64,000 nt of DNA from Escherichia coli (GCF_036507355.1 NZ_AP027877.1), one strand, 5' to 3'. Shown: positions 34,916 to 45,984, numbered from the stretch's first letter. Notes: generated by a model from the sequence alone, not told the origin. Numbers and translations are program-made.

Positions 34916-35904
34916 TTTACGTCTCTCGCCGATTACTCATCACCTGTTTGCTGCTGATTTCCGCCTGTGTGGTTGCAGGTATCTGGGGATTACGCAGCGG
35001 TGCCGTCACGCTGGAAATCTCGCAGGTATTCGCCGCGCTGATGGGCGATGCGCCGCGCAGTATGACGATGGTGGTCACCGAATGGCGTTTACCACGCGTG
35101 CTGATGGCGCTGTTGATTGGCGCAGCACTGGGCGTCAGTGGCGCGATTTTTCAGTCGCTGATGCGTAACCCGCTCGGCAGCCCTGACGTAATGGGTTTTA
35201 ACACCGGGGCGTGGAGCGGCGTGCTGGTGGCGATGGTGCTGTTTGGTCAGGACCTGACGGCTATCGCGCTGGCAGCAATGGTGGGCGGCATTGTCACTTC
35301 TCTGTTGGTCTGGCTGCTCGCCTGGCGTAACGGTATCGACACCTTTCGGTTGATTATTATCGGCATCGGCGTTCGCGCCATGCTGGTGGCCTTTAATACC
35401 TGGCTGTTGCTGAAAGCGTCTTTAGAAACGGCGCTAACAGCAGGTTTGTGGAATGCCGGATCGCTCAACGGCCTGACGTGGGCAAAAACTTCGCCTTCCG
35501 CACCCATCATTATATTGATGCTCATTGCCGCCGCCTTGCTGGTGCGGCGAATGCGCTTGCTGGAAATGGGCGATGATACCGCGTGTGCGCTGGGCGTCAG
35601 CGTTGAACGTTCGCGTCTGTTAATGATGCTGGTTGCAGTGGTGCTTACCGCTGCGGCAACAGCGCTTGCCGGGCCGATTTCCTTTATTGCTTTAGTCGCG
35701 CCGCACATTGCCCGACGCATTAGCGGCACCGCTCGCTGGGGGCTGACCCAGGCGGCGCTGTGCGGGGCGTTGTTATTGCTGGCGGCCGATCTCTGCGCCC
35801 AACAACTGTTTATGCCGTATCAACTTCCGGTTGGCGTCGTTACCGTCAGCCTCGGTGGTATTTACCTTATCGTCTTGTTAATTCAGGAGTCTCGCAAAAA
35901 ATGA
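34912..35904 (+). CDS. fepG: Ferric enterobactin ABC transporter permease FepG
   Basis: 330-aa ORF MIYVSRRLLITCLLLISACVVAGIWGL...; start overlaps the fepD stop. Confidence 0.93.
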   Translation: MIYVSRRLLITCLLLISACVVAGIWGLRSGAVTLEISQVFAALMGDAPRSMTMVVTEWRLPRVLMALLIGAALGVSGAIFQSLMRNPLGSPDVMGFNTGAWSGVLVAMVLFGQDLTAIALAAMVGGIVTSLLVWLLAWRNGIDTFRLIIIGIGVRAMLVAFNTWLLLKASLETALTAGLWNAGSLNGLTWAKTSPSAPIIILMLIAAALLVRRMRLLEMGDDTACALGVSVERSRLLMMLVAVVLTAAATALAGPISFIALVAPHIARRISGTARWGLTQAALCGALLLLAADLCAQQLFMPYQLPVGVVTVSLGGIYLIVLLIQESRKK

Positions 35905-36716
35905 CCGAATCAGTAGCCCGTTTGCGCGGCGAACAGTTAACCCTGGGATATGGCAAATATACCGTTGCGGAAAATCTGACTGTAGAAATACCTGATGGTC
36001 ACTTCACGGCAATTATCGGGCCAAATGGCTGCGGTAAATCCACGTTACTGCGTACCTTAAGCCGCCTGATGACGCCTGCTCATGGGCATGTCTGGCTGGA
36101 TGGCGAGCACATTCAACATTACGCCAGTAAAGAGGTTGCACGCCGGATTGGTCTGTTGGCGCAGAATGCTACCACGCCGGGAGATATCACCGTACAGGAG
36201 CTGGTGGCGCGTGGACGTTACCCGCATCAACCGCTGTTTACCCGCTGGCGCAAAGAGGATGAAGAAGCGGTAACGAAAGCGATGCAGGCCACGGGAATAA
36301 CTCATCTGGCAGATCAAAGCGTGGATACCCTTTCTGGCGGACAACGCCAGCGAGCGTGGATCGCGATGGTGCTGGCCCAGGAAACGGCGATTATGCTGCT
36401 CGACGAACCCACGACCTGGCTGGATATCAGTCATCAGATTGATCTCCTGGAACTGTTAAGCGAACTGAACCGCGAAAAAGGCTATACCCTGGCGGCGGTG
36501 CTGCACGATCTTAATCAGGCCTGTCGTTACGCCAGCCATTTAATTGCATTGCGGGAAGGGAAAATTGTTGCTCAGGGAGCGCCGAAGGAGATTGTCACTG
36601 CTGAACTGATTGAGCGCATTTATGGTCTGCGCTGCATGATCATTGACGATCCAGTTGCCGGAACGCCGCTCGTGGTGCCGCTCGGACGAACGGCACCTTC
36701 AATCGCAAATAGTTAA
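35901..36716 (+). CDS. fepC: Ferric enterobactin ABC transporter ATPase FepC
   Basis: ORF 35760..36716 trimmed to MTESVARLRGEQLTLGYGKY...; Walker A GPNGCGKST. Confidence 0.93.
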   Translation: MTESVARLRGEQLTLGYGKYTVAENLTVEIPDGHFTAIIGPNGCGKSTLLRTLSRLMTPAHGHVWLDGEHIQHYASKEVARRIGLLAQNATTPGDITVQELVARGRYPHQPLFTRWRKEDEEAVTKAMQATGITHLADQSVDTLSGGQRQRAWIAMVLAQETAIMLLDEPTTWLDISHQIDLLELLSELNREKGYTLAAVLHDLNQACRYASHLIALREGKIVAQGAPKEIVTAELIERIYGLRCMIIDDPVAGTPLVVPLGRTAPSIANS

Positions 36717-37846
36717 ACTAAGTGGTCTGCCATCATGGCATCCTTTTTTCTGGATGCCATCGCATGGCGCAACAGCACGCTACCACAAGCCACCATCCCG
36801 CCGATCAGCGCGGAAAGGATCACAATAATCGCCTTACCCGGACCGTCTTTTTTCACTGGCAATGACGGGCTTAACTGATATTTAAACGGCGTAAAATTCA
36901 CATCGTTGATATTTGCTTTTGTTAACTGCTCAACAAGATACTGACGATTACGTAATTCACCGTTCAGTTCCGCAACGTCAGTGACCGCTTTTTCAATTTC
37001 CAGTTTGCGTTCAATACCGTCTGCGCCGAGAGAAATAGAGAAATCGGGGTCATCTTTAACGGCCTGACCATTACTGTAAACGGGCTTTTTAATTCCTGCC
37101 GCGTTGGCAATGTCGAGTGAATAATTGAGGCGCTGAATGTTTGCATCAAGTTGATTTTTCATTTTAATGCGGTCCTGAGCCAGTTTTTCTTTTTCAAACT
37201 GGGTTTTGATCTCCAGTTTATTACGGACGTTTTCTATCGACTCTTTCACCACCAACGCAGAGATATAATCGATATACCCGCTCAAAACGGTCTGCGCCTC
37301 TTCACTGGTTGGCGCGGTAAAACTTAGCGTCCAGGAGGTATACAGTGACGGTTCATCTTTTTTCTTACTGGCATTGTCATCAACCGCTTTCATTTTTTCG
37401 CTCAATGCGACAATTGCGCGATGCAAATCCAGTTCGTCGATTTTCGCCTCTTTTAATTGGTCCATCACATAAGGTGATGAACGCAGGTACTCTTCCAGCA
37501 AGCTAATTGACTGAAATTTCTTGATAAACAGATTAAATACACCGCCACGGTCGATATTAACATCGAGATCAAGAACGCGGAGTTTGGTAAAGGTTTTCTC
37601 CAGGTCCTGCCACTGAATGGCTTCGGCGGGAGTAATAACGGCTGAGCTGGTCCATTTTTGCGGCAGGATGAAAGAGATCAGTAAACCTGCGCAGGCAAAT
37701 GCAAAAACGACCGCCATGACCGTTTTTTTGGCCCGCCATAAAACTTCGATTAGATTAAGTAAATCAATTTCATTATTACTGGGCGACGCCAGAGGATAAT
37801 CGGGAAAATGAGCGTCACTTCCCTGTTTAATATTCAGTGATGACAT
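36713..37846 (-). CDS. fepE: Polysaccharide co-polymerase (Wzz-like) FepE
   Basis: 377-aa ORF MSSLNIKQGSDAHFPDYPLASPSNNEIDLLNLIEVLWRAKKT... Confidence 0.92.
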   Translation of the reverse strand: MSSLNIKQGSDAHFPDYPLASPSNNEIDLLNLIEVLWRAKKTVMAVVFAFACAGLLISFILPQKWTSSAVITPAEAIQWQDLEKTFTKLRVLDLDVNIDRGGVFNLFIKKFQSISLLEEYLRSSPYVMDQLKEAKIDELDLHRAIVALSEKMKAVDDNASKKKDEPSLYTSWTLSFTAPTSEEAQTVLSGYIDYISALVVKESIENVRNKLEIKTQFEKEKLAQDRIKMKNQLDANIQRLNYSLDIANAAGIKKPVYSNGQAVKDDPDFSISLGADGIERKLEIEKAVTDVAELNGELRNRQYLVEQLTKANINDVNFTPFKYQLSPSLPVKKDGPGKAIIVILSALIGGMVACGSVLLRHAMASRKKDAMMADHLV

Positions 37847-38013
37847 GGGGTATAACCTGAAAATGAGTCCAATAGGGGGAAATCTCCACGGCGCTCACTT
37901 TACCAGTTGGTGAGAATTATCCGAAGCTGAAGTTTGTAAATTCATTCCACTGAATGCAACATTCACTCTATTTAAGAAAAATAACCAGCAAACTTATAAA
38001 TTAAATAAATGAT

Positions 38014-38046
38014 AAACCCATAATTATTTCCTGCAATTATGGGTTT
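38014..38046 (-). terminator. Perfect 12-bp hairpin AAACCCATAATT-N9-AATTATGGGTTT just downstream of entF
   Basis: Inverted repeat 16 nt after the entF stop on the transcribed strand; AT-rich flank but no clean T-tract. Confidence 0.4.
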
Positions 38047-38061
38047 ATAGATAATGTTAAT

Positions 38062-41000
38062 TTATCTGTTTAGCGTTGCGCGAATAATCGGCCCAATTTT
38101 TTCAAATGCCCCTGGAGAGATAATATCCACATGCGCACAATCCTGACGATAGATATCCAGCTCCGCAATCCACGGCGACCAGGCGCGTTCAGGACTCATA
38201 CCTTCCTGAAGCGTGCGTTCAGCAACAAACAACGTCGCTTTACCGTCAAACGGTACGCTATGAGCAGTCGTCAGCAGGCGCACAGCATCAGCGTAGTTGC
38301 CTTCAATGGTGGTAAACAGCTCCGTTGAAGTACTTCCCTGCTGTGCCGCCAGGAAGGCCTCGCGCTCGCAGTTAATCTCCGCCAGCACTTCCGGGTCCAG
38401 ACCATTAGCTTCTTTTTCCTGCCAGTTTTGCGTTTCTGGCGGCCAGGTATCCAGCAAGCCAAGAAATGCCACCTGTTCGCCACGGGCACGCAGCCGCGCC
38501 GCAATCCCCTGCGCCAGCGTACCGCCCAGCGAATAACCCAGCAGGTAATAAGGGCCGTGCGGTTGTTGCTCAAGTAACGTTGCCAGATGCGCTTCGCAGA
38601 CTTCATCCAGGTTCGTCGCTGTCTGCATGGGGCCATGAGGGCGCGGCGACTGAATGCCGATAATCGACCATAGTGGATCGAGATAACGCGAGAGCACGCT
38701 AAACTGCCAGGCAAAACCGGATGCCGGATGGAAACAAAACAGCGTCGGGCCATTACCTTCACGCAACGGCAGAATGGTTTCGAATCCCATGCGCCGGGAG
38801 CTGTCCTCTTCACCATCAATAATCGTTGCCAGTTTGGCGACGGTTGACGCGACCATCACCTGCCCCGGCGTCACCTGACGGGCAAACTGCCGACTTAACT
38901 GCGCTGCCAGTTTCATTGCCAGTAGCGAATGACCGCCAAGCGCGAAGAAATCAGCATCGGCATCCTGCACGTCACAACCCAGCAACGACGCGAATGCCGC
39001 AGCGATAATCGTTTCACTGCCCGCTTTCGGCGCACGCCCCGGCGTTTGTGCCTTAAGTTCAGGCAACGGTAAGGCTTTGCGATCCAGCTTGCCGTTGGCG
39101 CTAAGAGGTAACTGTGGAAGTTGCAGCAGAACGACCGGCACCATATGCGGCGGCAATGTTTCGCGAAGCTGTGCCTGTAATGCGCTGGTATCCAACGGCA
39201 GACCTGATTGCGACACCAGATAGCCCACCAACTGACGCGCATCACCACCGGTGGCTGCCGCCTGGTTAATCACACAGGCGTGGGTAACGGCTTGTTCGAC
39301 ATCCGGCAGCGCCTGCATCACGCGATCGATTTCGCCCAGTTCGATACGCTGCCCGCGAATTTTTAGCTGATCGTCACTGCGCCCGAGGTACTCCACCGCG
39401 CCGTTATCCAGCCAGCGGGCAACGTCTCCGGTACGATACATCCGTTCACCTGGGGCAAAAGGATCGGCAATAAAACGGCTGGCGGTCAGATCGGGTCTTC
39501 CAAGATACCCCTGCGCCAGTTGAATGCCGGTGAGATAGAGATCACCCGCCACACCCGGCGGCACCGGATGCATCATCGCATCAAGAATACGCAGACCCGT
39601 ATTCCACACCGGATAACCAATCGGCACACTGCTGCCGCGCACCTGTGCCAGTTCCTCGCCAAAAGCCGGATACCAGCTCACATCTACCGCCGCTTCCGTC
39701 GGGCCATATAGATTATGCAACGGCGCGCCCGTTAACTGTTGCCATTCGCGGCATAAATCAGCCGGTAAGGCCTCACCACTACAGAAAACCTGTTTCAACG
39801 TCGCGCAATTCTGGCGAGCGGTTTGCGGAGTCAGCGATGCAACAAATGCCGCCAGCATCGACGGCACAAAGTGCGTGGTCGTTACGCCATATTCGGCAAA
39901 GAATTGCTGCATAGCGAGCGGGTCGCGGTGCGCTTCCGGTTCAGCCATCACTAGTTTAGCCCCGGCAATAAACGGCCAGAAAAACTCCCACACCGAGACA
40001 TCAAAACTGCACGGCGTTTTTTGGGCAACGACATCTTCGCCTGTAAGCGGGTAGTGATTTTGCATCCATAACAGGCGGTTAACGATAGCCGTCTGCCCGA
40101 CCATTACCCCTTTCGGCCTGCCGGTGGAACCGGAGGTAAAGATGATATAAGCCGTGTGGTGCGGTTGTGAAAGTTGCAGCGGTGCACTGCCCTGCGGTGT
40201 AAGCGGGGCGTTATAGCAAAGGCTGGTTAAATCTGGAACATCGGCAAAGCGCGGCAGTTGATCGTCGGTGGTGATTAACAGCGACGGACGCGCATCTTCC
40301 AGCATCATTTTCAGGCGATCGTCCGGATAGCCGGTATCCAGCGGTAACCAGGCCGCACCAGCTTCAACAATTGCATGTAGCGCCAGAGTCAAAAATACCG
40401 AGCGCGGTAGCGCCACCGCCACGCTGTCGCCAGGTTTAACGCCGCGCTCACGCAGCAGATTCGCCAGCGCCACCACCTGCTCGCGCATTTCCCGATAGCT
40501 GAACTGGTAACGCGCATCTGCCAGCGCCGGAGCATCCGGTGTTTTTGCCGCTTGTTCTGCCACCAGCGCGCTAAGCGTGGTTTCTGGAATCTCAACCTGA
40601 GTGGCGTTGATCTGCGCCAACTGCGCATATTCACCTGGCAGCATAATATCGACATCGCCGCACAACAGCGCCGGATCCGCGGCTAATTGGGCGATCAGCA
40701 TTTTCAGGCGTTCAGCATGCTGGATTAACGTTGGCTCATCGTAACGCTGTTTATTGGCGAGGATCTCAATACTCAAATCACCGTGTTCATCCGGGAACAG
40801 GGCCAGTTCAAGGTCATTAACCGGACCGGTTGCCAGGGTATGGGTTTGCGCCTCAACATCAAGAATATCCAGTTGGTAATCAAATACCTTGATATTGAGT
40901 ACCGGACCAAACAGCGGTTCATCACCTGCCGCTCGCCCGCTGTCACGGACAATTTGTTCGGCATCGTAACGTTGATGGCGACGCATTTTTTTCAGTTGAG

Positions 41001-41943
41001 CCGCCAGTCGGGTTGCCAGTTCCGGCAGCGTTTCTTGTGCCGCAATGTGAATACCCAACGGCAAAACGTTGAGCACAGGTCCGGTAGCCGTCAGCGCCGC
41101 CGACCCCAGTCGACGCATAAAGATAAATCCGGCAGCGTAGTCCATGCGATTGCACAATCGCCCCAGCCACAAAGCCGCCAGCGCAAGAGCTAAATCGGTA
41201 CGCTGCACACCTGAAAGTTGCATAGCCAGCTGGCGGAATTCCCCGTCGGTAAATTCCAGTTTCAGGCGCAGAATATCTGCCGAAGCGCTGCGCCCCGGTA
41301 AAGGTGCCGGAGAAAGTGACGCGGGCGGTGGCAGTTGACGACGCTGTTCCGCCCAGAATGCTGCATCACGCTGCCAGGCTTCGCTTTCGCGGTATTGCTG
41401 GTACTCTCCCACTACATCAGCGAAAGGCGTAAACGGCGAAGCAGGCGTTGGTTCGCCACGCAGTAATGCGCAGTAAATGTTGGCGATCTGCCGGGTAATG
41501 GCCGGGAAACTGAAGCCATCGACCAGCAAATGGTGATAACGCTGATACCAGTACCAGCGGTTATCTGCCACCTGTATCAGCTGGTGAAAGACCAGTGGTT
41601 TACCGCTATCGACGCGCAAATCTTGTTGCAAATCCGCCTGCATTAATGCCTGCGCAGTACCGTGCGGATCAATGTTGGTTCGCAGGTCGATAATTTCTGG
41701 CAGTTCGAATATCAGCGCATCATCGACCCATTGCCAGACTTCGCCGTTATCTTCCGTAAAACGCATCCGCAACGTATCTGCTTGCGCTAATCCGGCAACC
41801 ACCGCGCGGGCCAGTAATGGCGCATCAACCTCTCCGGTTAACTCAACGTAATGCGCCACGCTCCAGGCGGAGGGTAAATCCGACAGTTTTTCTGCCATCC
41901 AGATGCCGGGCTGTGCGGCTACCAAAGGTAAATGCTGGCTCAT
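38062..41943 (-). CDS. entF: Enterobactin synthase component F (NRPS: C-A-PCP-TE)
   Basis: 1293-aa ORF MSQHLPLVAAQPGIWMAEKLSDLPSAW...; adenylation and thioesterase motifs. Confidence 0.95.
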   Translation of the reverse strand: MSQHLPLVAAQPGIWMAEKLSDLPSAWSVAHYVELTGEVDAPLLARAVVAGLAQADTLRMRFTEDNGEVWQWVDDALIFELPEIIDLRTNIDPHGTAQALMQADLQQDLRVDSGKPLVFHQLIQVADNRWYWYQRYHHLLVDGFSFPAITRQIANIYCALLRGEPTPASPFTPFADVVGEYQQYRESEAWQRDAAFWAEQRRQLPPPASLSPAPLPGRSASADILRLKLEFTDGEFRQLAMQLSGVQRTDLALALAALWLGRLCNRMDYAAGFIFMRRLGSAALTATGPVLNVLPLGIHIAAQETLPELATRLAAQLKKMRRHQRYDAEQIVRDSGRAAGDEPLFGPVLNIKVFDYQLDILDVEAQTHTLATGPVNDLELALFPDEHGDLSIEILANKQRYDEPTLIQHAERLKMLIAQLAADPALLCGDVDIMLPGEYAQLAQINATQVEIPETTLSALVAEQAAKTPDAPALADARYQFSYREMREQVVALANLLRERGVKPGDSVAVALPRSVFLTLALHAIVEAGAAWLPLDTGYPDDRLKMMLEDARPSLLITTDDQLPRFADVPDLTSLCYNAPLTPQGSAPLQLSQPHHTAYIIFTSGSTGRPKGVMVGQTAIVNRLLWMQNHYPLTGEDVVAQKTPCSFDVSVWEFFWPFIAGAKLVMAEPEAHRDPLAMQQFFAEYGVTTTHFVPSMLAAFVASLTPQTARQNCATLKQVFCSGEALPADLCREWQQLTGAPLHNLYGPTEAAVDVSWYPAFGEELAQVRGSSVPIGYPVWNTGLRILDAMMHPVPPGVAGDLYLTGIQLAQGYLGRPDLTASRFIADPFAPGERMYRTGDVARWLDNGAVEYLGRSDDQLKIRGQRIELGEIDRVMQALPDVEQAVTHACVINQAAATGGDARQLVGYLVSQSGLPLDTSALQAQLRETLPPHMVPVVLLQLPQLPLSANGKLDRKALPLPELKAQTPGRAPKAGSETIIAAAFASLLGCDVQDADADFFALGGHSLLAMKLAAQLSRQFARQVTPGQVMVASTVAKLATIIDGEEDSSRRMGFETILPLREGNGPTLFCFHPASGFAWQFSVLSRYLDPLWSIIGIQSPRPHGPMQTATNLDEVCEAHLATLLEQQPHGPYYLLGYSLGGTLAQGIAARLRARGEQVAFLGLLDTWPPETQNWQEKEANGLDPEVLAEINCEREAFLAAQQGSTSTELFTTIEGNYADAVRLLTTAHSVPFDGKATLFVAERTLQEGMSPERAWSPWIAELDIYRQDCAHVDIISPGAFEKIGPIIRATLNR

Positions 41944-42158
41944 TGTGCCTCCTGCAACTGGGTGAAATTCGCCGGTGTCAGAGTACGCCAGTGGGCTTCA
42001 AGCCACTGCTGGCAGGACTCTTGTGACTGCGGCTGACACACAATGTCCCAGCCTGCCGGTAAGGCGCATTGTTGCGGCCACAGACTGAATTGCCCCTGCG
42101 CATTGCGCAAAATGTAAAACACTCCCTGTGGATCATCGAAGGGATTACTGAATGCCAT
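41940..42158 (-). CDS. ybdZ: MbtH-like protein YbdZ
   Basis: ORF 41940..42164 trimmed to MAFSNPFDDPQG...; conserved Trp residues of the MbtH fold; overlaps the entF start. Confidence 0.9.
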   Translation of the reverse strand: MAFSNPFDDPQGVFYILRNAQGQFSLWPQQCALPAGWDIVCQPQSQESCQQWLEAHWRTLTPANFTQLQEAQ

Positions 42159-42160
42159 AT

Positions 42161-43363
42161 TCAACTCCTGTCATGGAAAAGTGGTTGCCAGAGGTCGATT
42201 AACCCCTGCATCAAGCCACCGCGCCAACAAAGCGCATCATGTCCGCCGTCAACCTGACGCCAGAAAATGGATTCTTTTATAGGGTGCAATTGCGCATACA
42301 GCGCCTGATTGGCCCGCATGATCATCGGCTCGCGAATACCCGCTTCCAGCACAATGCGCAGACCTTCGGCGCTAACTTCACCAGCTTTTAGCTTTTCAAG
42401 TAACACGCCCTCTTGCTGCCCGCCCCGATGCGGCCACCAGTACGATCCTGACTGGCTTAATACACAGCCAAAGCGTTCAGGCCAGTGCAGTCCGGCATAC
42501 AGCGCGGACAGCCCACCAAAACTCTGCCCGGCGACCACGGTGCGATCGGCGCGATCGCTAAAAGGGGCAATAGCTTTCACCAGGGGTAATAACTCTTGCT
42601 GTACTGCCAGCCAGAAATCCGCATTACACGGCAGTTCGTGGGCGCGGTGCGTGGTGTCGATAGCGTCGATCAACACATACACGGCGGGAGGAAGTTGCTG
42701 ACGATGGGTCAGCGAAGTCAGCACAGGCCAGACGGGCATACTTTGCGCCCAAAATTCGCCATCGAGCAAAACTGCCAGCGGGCGTTCTTCTGCTGTTACA
42801 TCGCCGGTGGTAAAAATCCATACACGACGTGAATTTTTCAACCGTTCACTTTTCCAGATAATTTCTTTGGCTGGTATTTCTGGCGCTTGCGGACAATCCC
42901 ATCCCGGTTGCAGAGGCGCTTGCGGCATTTCGAGTGCAGAAACAGCGTGCCCTCGCCCGCCTTTCCAGCTTTGTGGATTCAGCGGATCGGCTATTGCCTG
43001 GGGTAATAGTTTTCGCCAGCCTTCACGTAATTCGAGGCGATCGGGGGATGGTGCAGAAAAAATGTCATCGCGTTCGGTGGGAATAAAGCAGTAGCTGCCG
43101 CGCCAGTTGGCATTGAGTTGTGTCGTCCACTGCCAGACATCAGTACCTGCAATTCGCTGCATCGACTGGGGCTGGCTGTTCTGATGATGATCGGTCACAC
43201 CAGTGATGTAGATCCATACGCGCTTTATCGTCGAGTATTCTTCAGAACCTTGGGGATCACGCCACCAGAAAGTGACCTCAAACATTTCGTCATTCAGACG
43301 CTGCCATTCCGGGCCATGTTTCGACTGCCACCAGCTCTCACTTCCTACTTTTAACGCCGTCAC
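42161..43363 (-). CDS. fes: Enterochelin esterase Fes (start may be downstream of the longest ORF)
   Basis: 400-aa ORF MTALKVGSESWWQSKHGPEWQRLNDEMFEVTFWWRD... Confidence 0.9.
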   Translation of the reverse strand: MTALKVGSESWWQSKHGPEWQRLNDEMFEVTFWWRDPQGSEEYSTIKRVWIYITGVTDHHQNSQPQSMQRIAGTDVWQWTTQLNANWRGSYCFIPTERDDIFSAPSPDRLELREGWRKLLPQAIADPLNPQSWKGGRGHAVSALEMPQAPLQPGWDCPQAPEIPAKEIIWKSERLKNSRRVWIFTTGDVTAEERPLAVLLDGEFWAQSMPVWPVLTSLTHRQQLPPAVYVLIDAIDTTHRAHELPCNADFWLAVQQELLPLVKAIAPFSDRADRTVVAGQSFGGLSALYAGLHWPERFGCVLSQSGSYWWPHRGGQQEGVLLEKLKAGEVSAEGLRIVLEAGIREPMIMRANQALYAQLHPIKESIFWRQVDGGHDALCWRGGLMQGLIDLWQPLFHDRS

Positions 43364-43412
43364 ACCATAACCCCATGTTTACTGTGCAATTTTTCATTGA
43401 TTGCAGAAATAT

Positions 43413-43440
43413 ATTGATAATATTATTGATAACTATTTGC
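43413..43440. promoter_or_regulatory. Fur box(es) in the fes / fepA divergent promoter region
   Basis: ATTGATAATATTATTGATAACTATTTGC contains overlapping GATAAT-type Fur half sites. Confidence 0.55.
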
Positions 43441-43605
43441 ATTTGCAATAGCGTAATGGCGCGCCGTGGGAAGCGCGGACATTAATTAACCAACTGCACT
43501 GCGTGTCTTTCAGGATCAAAGGTTTTCGCGGTAGCGGGATGCGTCGTGTTGATGACGACCATGCCCGACAGTTGCAATTCGTGGCAAAAATGCAGGAATA
43601 AAACA

Positions 43606-45846
43606 ATGAACAAGAAGATTCATTCCCTGGCCTTGTTGGTCAATCTGGGGATTTATGGGGTAGCGCAGGCACAAGAGCCGACCGATACTCCTGTTTCACA
43701 TGACGATACTATTGTCGTTACCGCCGCCGAGCAGAACTTACAGGCGCCTGGCGTTTCGACCATCACCGCAGATGAAATCCGCAAAAACCCCGTTGCCCGC
43801 GATGTGTCGGAGATCATCCGTACCATGCCAGGCGTTAACCTGACCGGTAACTCCACCAGTGGTCAGCGAGGGAATAACCGACAGATTGATATTCGCGGTA
43901 TGGGTCCGGAAAACACGCTGATTTTGATTGACGGCAAGCCGGTAAGCAGCCGTAACTCGGTGCGTCAGGGCTGGCGTGGCGAGCGCGATACCCGTGGTGA
44001 TACCTCCTGGGTGCCACCTGAAATGATTGAACGTATTGAAGTTCTGCGTGGTCCGGCAGCTGCGCGTTATGGCAACGGCGCGGCGGGCGGCGTAGTTAAC
44101 ATCATTACCAAAAAAGGCAGCGGCGAGTGGCACGGCTCCTGGGACGCATATTTCAATGCGCCAGAACATAAAGAGGAAGGTGCCACCAAACGCACTAACT
44201 TTAGCCTGACCGGTCCGCTGGGCGACGAATTCAGCTTCCGCTTGTATGGCAACCTCGACAAAACTCAGGCTGACGCGTGGGATATCAACCAGGGCCATCA
44301 GTCCGCGCGTGCCGGAACGTATGCCACGACGTTACCAGCCGGGCGCGAAGGGGTGATCAACAAAGATATTAATGGCGTGGTGCGCTGGGACTTCGCGCCT
44401 CTGCAATCACTCGAACTGGAAGCGGGTTACAGCCGCCAGGGTAACCTGTATGCGGGTGATACCCAGAACACCAACTCTGACGCTTACACTCGCTCGAAAT
44501 ATGGCGATGAAACCAACCGCCTGTATCGCCAGAACTACTCGCTGACCTGGAACGGTGGCTGGGATAACGGCGTGACCACCAGCAACTGGGTGCAGTACGA
44601 ACACACCCGTAACTCGCGTATTCCGGAAGGTCTGGCGGGCGGTACCGAAGGGAAATTTAACGAAAAAGCGACACAGGATTTCGTCGATATCGATCTTGAT
44701 GACGTGATGCTGCATAGCGAAGTTAACCTGCCGATTGATTTCCTCGTTAACCAGACGCTGACGCTGGGTACGGAGTGGAATCAGCAACGGATGAAGGACT
44801 TAAGTTCCAACACCCAGGCACTGACCGGAACGAATACCGGTGGCGCTATTGATGGCGTGAGTGCCACCGACCGTAGCCCGTATTCAAAAGCAGAAATTTT
44901 CTCGCTGTTTGCCGAAAACAACATGGAGCTGACTGACAGCACCATCGTAACGCCGGGGCTGCGTTTCGATCATCACAGTATTGTCGGCAATAACTGGAGC
45001 CCGGCGCTGAACATATCGCAAGGTTTAGGCGATGACTTCACGCTGAAAATGGGCATTGCCCGCGCCTATAAAGCGCCGAGCCTGTACCAGACTAACCCGA
45101 ACTACATTCTCTACAGTAAAGGTCAGGGCTGCTATGCCAGCGCGGGCGGCTGCTATCTGCAAGGTAACGATGACCTGAAAGCAGAAACCAGCATCAACAA
45201 AGAGATTGGTCTGGAGTTCAAACGCGACGGCTGGCTGGCGGGCATCACCTGGTTCCGTAACGATTATCGCAATAAGATTGAAGCAGGCTATGTTGCTGTA
45301 GGGCAAAACGCAGTCGGCACCGATCTCTATCAGTGGGATAACGTGCCGAAAGCGGTGGTTGAAGGTCTGGAAGGATCGTTAAACGTACCGGTTAGCGAAA
45401 CGGTGATGTGGACTAATAACATCACTTATATGCTGAAGAGTGAAAACAAAACCACGGGCGACCGTTTGTCGATCATCCCGGAGTATACGTTGAACTCAAC
45501 GCTGAGCTGGCAGGCACGAGAAGATTTGTCGATGCAAACGACCTTCACCTGGTACGGTAAGCAGCAGCCGAAGAAGTACAACTATAAAGGTCAGCCAGCG
45601 GTTGGACCGGAAACCAAAGAAATTAGTCCTTACAGCATTGTTGGGCTGAGCGCGACGTGGGATGTGACGAAGAATGTCAGTCTGACCGGCGGCGTGGACA
45701 ATCTGTTCGACAAACGTTTGTGGCGTGCGGGTAATGCCCAGACCACGGGCGATTTGGCAGGGGCCAACTATATCGCCGGTGCCGGGGCGTATACCTATAA
45801 CGAGCCGGGACGCACGTGGTATATGAGCGTAAACACCCACTTCTGA
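43606..45846 (+). CDS. fepA: TonB-dependent ferric enterobactin outer membrane receptor FepA
   Basis: ORF 43546..45846 trimmed to MNKKIHSLALLVNLGIYGVAQA (signal peptide); TonB box DTIVVTA; C-terminal aromatic residue. Confidence 0.95.
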   Translation: MNKKIHSLALLVNLGIYGVAQAQEPTDTPVSHDDTIVVTAAEQNLQAPGVSTITADEIRKNPVARDVSEIIRTMPGVNLTGNSTSGQRGNNRQIDIRGMGPENTLILIDGKPVSSRNSVRQGWRGERDTRGDTSWVPPEMIERIEVLRGPAAARYGNGAAGGVVNIITKKGSGEWHGSWDAYFNAPEHKEEGATKRTNFSLTGPLGDEFSFRLYGNLDKTQADAWDINQGHQSARAGTYATTLPAGREGVINKDINGVVRWDFAPLQSLELEAGYSRQGNLYAGDTQNTNSDAYTRSKYGDETNRLYRQNYSLTWNGGWDNGVTTSNWVQYEHTRNSRIPEGLAGGTEGKFNEKATQDFVDIDLDDVMLHSEVNLPIDFLVNQTLTLGTEWNQQRMKDLSSNTQALTGTNTGGAIDGVSATDRSPYSKAEIFSLFAENNMELTDSTIVTPGLRFDHHSIVGNNWSPALNISQGLGDDFTLKMGIARAYKAPSLYQTNPNYILYSKGQGCYASAGGCYLQGNDDLKAETSINKEIGLEFKRDGWLAGITWFRNDYRNKIEAGYVAVGQNAVGTDLYQWDNVPKAVVEGLEGSLNVPVSETVMWTNNITYMLKSENKTTGDRLSIIPEYTLNSTLSWQAREDLSMQTTFTWYGKQQPKKYNYKGQPAVGPETKEISPYSIVGLSATWDVTKNVSLTGGVDNLFDKRLWRAGNAQTTGDLAGANYIAGAGAYTYNEPGRTWYMSVNTHF

Positions 45847-45885
45847 TGCTAACGTCAGATTGTTGACAAAGTGCGCGTCGTTCAT

Positions 45886-45984
45886 GCCGGATGCGGCGTG
45901 AACGCCTTATCCGGCCTACAAAAATCTTGCCAATTCAATATATTGCAGGACCATGTAGGCCTGATAAGCGTAGCGCATCAGGCA
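45886..45984. repeat. REP/BIME-type palindromic units between fepA and entD
   Basis: GCCGGATGCGGCGTGAACGCCTTATCCGGCCTAC and GTAGGCCTGATAAGCGTAGCGCATCAGGCA are typical E. coli REP sequences in opposite orientation. Confidence 0.7.

Noticed and set aside
43738-44298. Minus-strand 186-aa ORF antisense to fepA, and similar antisense ORFs inside entF (38271..38819), dsbG (17761..18273), ahpC (16742..17404) and nfsB (49913..50446)
   Set aside because: All are contained within well-supported genes on the opposite strand and show no independent coding signal.
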